From an uncultured Thermoplasmatales archaeon (GTDB taxonomy: Archaea; Thermoplasmatota; E2; DHVEG-1): a stretch of DNA of 64,000 bases. Location of the stretch: positions 706 through 64,705 of the forward strand of contig CAZFFN010000093.1 in NCBI GenBank assembly GCA_964518165.1, given 5' to 3'. The notes beneath the pieces are model-generated. The model made no database searches and was not told the origin of the DNA. It saw nothing but the letters and a program-made list of their open reading frames with translations. Made by a program: the position numbers and the translations under genes. Shown here one piece after another: positions 62,215 through 64,000 of this stretch (positions within the stretch are counted from its first letter, which is position 1; each line of letters starts with the position of its first letter).

Positions 62215-62538
62215 TTATTCAATTACATCAATATCTGAATCAGATTTCTCTTCCTTTTTTTCTTCTTTTTTACGGGTTGTAACCCTGTCCGGAAAATATG
62301 ATAGTATTACAATATCACCGACTGAATTAACCCATCTATAAGGAACTGCTACATCGACAGTACCCTCAACAATAGTAGGGTTTGTGTTTGTAACAAGAAG
62401 ACTGCTTACTTTTTTATCATCCATATCCAGAAAAACATTTCTTACATTACCAACATATCTTCCTTGTCTAGTATAAACTGGTAGTTTCAGAAAAGCTGTA
62501 ACTTCCTCTCCCGGGTTATTATTTTGTTTCTCCATCAT
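62215..62538 (-). CDS. PRC-barrel protein, CdpB1-like cell division protein
   Basis: VYT..G.YVG.V....LD and VPYRWV..VGD.V match the CdpB1-type PRC barrel as I recall it. Confidence 0.78.
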   Translation of the reverse strand: MMEKQNNNPGEEVTAFLKLPVYTRQGRYVGNVRNVFLDMDDKKVSSLLVTNTNPTIVEGTVDVAVPYRWVNSVGDIVILSYFPDRVTTRKKEEKKEEKSDSDIDVIE

Positions 62539-62677
62539 ATAATCTAAATACAATTGCACATATTAAAACATTCTGTAAAAAATTAAATAAAATATTTAAA
62601 TATTTTTAGTAAAATTCATAAAAACTCTAACTTAACCGAAATGTTTTTTGTATGAAGATTGTTATTACAAACTCATA

Positions 62678-63823
62678 ATGATCAATAATACAAACAAAAT
62701 AATAGAATTATTAGATAAATACAAAAAAAGAGATTACAAGTTTAAAAAAGGAAACATACTTGGCTCAATGTGTACAGAACCACATGAAATTTCTAAAAAA
62801 GCATATGTTAAATTTATAGAAACTAATCTTGGAGATCCAAAATTATTTCCAGGGACACAAATCTTAGAAGAAAAATATATTGATTTTTTAAAAAAACTAT
62901 TAAATGCACCTAAAAAATCAACCGCAGTTATAGGTAGTGGTGGAACTGAAAGTAACATTACTGCAATGTGGCTAGCAAAAAATATTTCCCAAAAAAAAGA
63001 AATGATTGTTCCAGAAAGCGCACATTTTTCTTTTAAAAAAATTGAAACACTAATGGGCATGAAAAGTATCCCAATAAAACTAAATAACAAATTTCAAACA
63101 AACGTAAAAGATCTAAAGAAGAATATTAACAAAGATACAGCCGCAGTAGTTGCAATAGCCGGTTCTACAGAAACAGGTTCAATAGATAATATTGAAGGAA
63201 TTAGTGAAATATGTCTGGATGAACATATCTTTTTACATATAGATGCGGCCTTTGGCGGATACATCATTCCATTTATGGAAAAACTTGGAATTGAAATTAA
63301 TCTATTTGATTTTAGATTAAAAGAAGTCGATTCTATTTCAATAGATGCACATAAAATGGGCTGCTCAGTAATACCCATGGGTGCACTTATTGTAAGAGAT
63401 AAAGAAATTTTAAAAAAAATAAGTGTTGAAACACCATATATCAGCTCCAAAAACCAAGCTGGAATCTTAGGTACTAGGCCTGGTGGAGCAGTTGCTTCAG
63501 CATATGCTATTTCAAAGTATCTAGGTTTTGAGGGATACAAAAAAATTGTGGAAGATTGTCTAGATAATACAAAATACTTTAAAGAAAAAATAGAAAATAT
63601 TGGCCTTAACCTTTTAACTGAGCCAGTAACAAATGTTATACCAATTAAACTTAAAAATCCAGATAAAATAGAAAAAAAACTATCTGAACACTCATATAAA
63701 GTAAACAATATGAGGCGGCTTTCAGCAATCAGAATAGTTGTAATGCCGCATGTCACTAGAAAAGTAATTGACAAGTTTTTCCCGGTTTTTGAAAAAATAT
63801 TAAAAGAAAACCACGAAATTTAG
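62678..63823 (+). CDS. mfnA: PLP-dependent tyrosine/aspartate decarboxylase
   Basis: ILGSMCT.PH, NLGDP.LFPGT, GGTESN, H.DAAFGG, IDAHKMG, GTRPG. Confidence 0.92.
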   Translation: MINNTNKIIELLDKYKKRDYKFKKGNILGSMCTEPHEISKKAYVKFIETNLGDPKLFPGTQILEEKYIDFLKKLLNAPKKSTAVIGSGGTESNITAMWLAKNISQKKEMIVPESAHFSFKKIETLMGMKSIPIKLNNKFQTNVKDLKKNINKDTAAVVAIAGSTETGSIDNIEGISEICLDEHIFLHIDAAFGGYIIPFMEKLGIEINLFDFRLKEVDSISIDAHKMGCSVIPMGALIVRDKEILKKISVETPYISSKNQAGILGTRPGGAVASAYAISKYLGFEGYKKIVEDCLDNTKYFKEKIENIGLNLLTEPVTNVIPIKLKNPDKIEKKLSEHSYKVNNMRRLSAIRIVVMPHVTRKVIDKFFPVFEKILKENHEI

Positions 63824-63867
63824 AAAAGTATTATATCATATTAGTATATTAGATAGGTTTGATTACT

Positions 63868-64000
63868 ATGGCAGAAAACGTACCAACACATACACATTGT
63901 CAAGTCTGTATGAAATCAATACCAGTTAATGAAAAATTTTGCAGTGAAGAATGCAGGCAGAAATTTATTAGTTTTCAAAAGAAAAGAAAACTGTTGAATT
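63868..64000 (+). CDS. DUF2116-like Zn-ribbon protein (3' truncated by window edge)
   Basis: MAENVPTHTHCQVCMKSIPVNEKFCSEEC. Not in ORF track. Confidence 0.8.
   Translation, partial: MAENVPTHTHCQVCMKSIPVNEKFCSEECRQKFISFQKKRKLLN

Noticed and set aside
63094..63774. Long antisense ORFs (also 44943-45605, 30696-31178)
   Set aside because: Overlap well-supported genes on the other strand and have no motifs.
1..64000. Sec/Pyl recoding or an alternative genetic code
   Set aside because: Conserved genes are full length under code 11 and use all three stops normally; no convincing readthrough was seen.

Overview
AT-rich archaeal chromosomal segment. Gene content and order suggest Thermoplasmatota, possibly the MBG-D/DHVEG-1 lineage; the taxonomy is an inference. 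Most of it is housekeeping: the large uL3-to-uL30 ribosomal protein cluster (43986-56149), rpo6-rps2, rpl10e, rpl41e, an intron-containing tRNA-Trp, gcvPA/PB, purH, arcS, cca, thpR, leuC/D-like genes, mptE, mfnA and a CdpB1-like PRC-barrel gene. Accessory-looking parts are a tungsten/molybdenum cofactor neighbourhood (mobB to AOR-ThiF-ThiS), several large surface proteins, an EarA-family regulator, and a pilin-like gene with two KaiC-like ATPases. I found no CRISPR array, rRNA or mobile element. By reading the DNA I recovered several genes missing from the ORF track: eL41, uS14, Rpo6, a MobB C-terminal-like protein, a Zn-finger microprotein and a DUF2116 fragment. The best candidates for undescribed biology are: (1) a putative pterin-cofactor capture/uptake module (two membrane-anchored Moco-fold-like proteins and an ECF S-component-like protein) ahead of the AOR operon; (2) a structured leader with an internal U7 tract upstream of rpl3; (3) a stand-alone 19-aa ORF with its own promoter and SD; (4) a tRNA-Trp intron D' guide that no longer matches its host; (5) a uS3-HhH fusion. 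All family calls come from motif recognition, not database searches.
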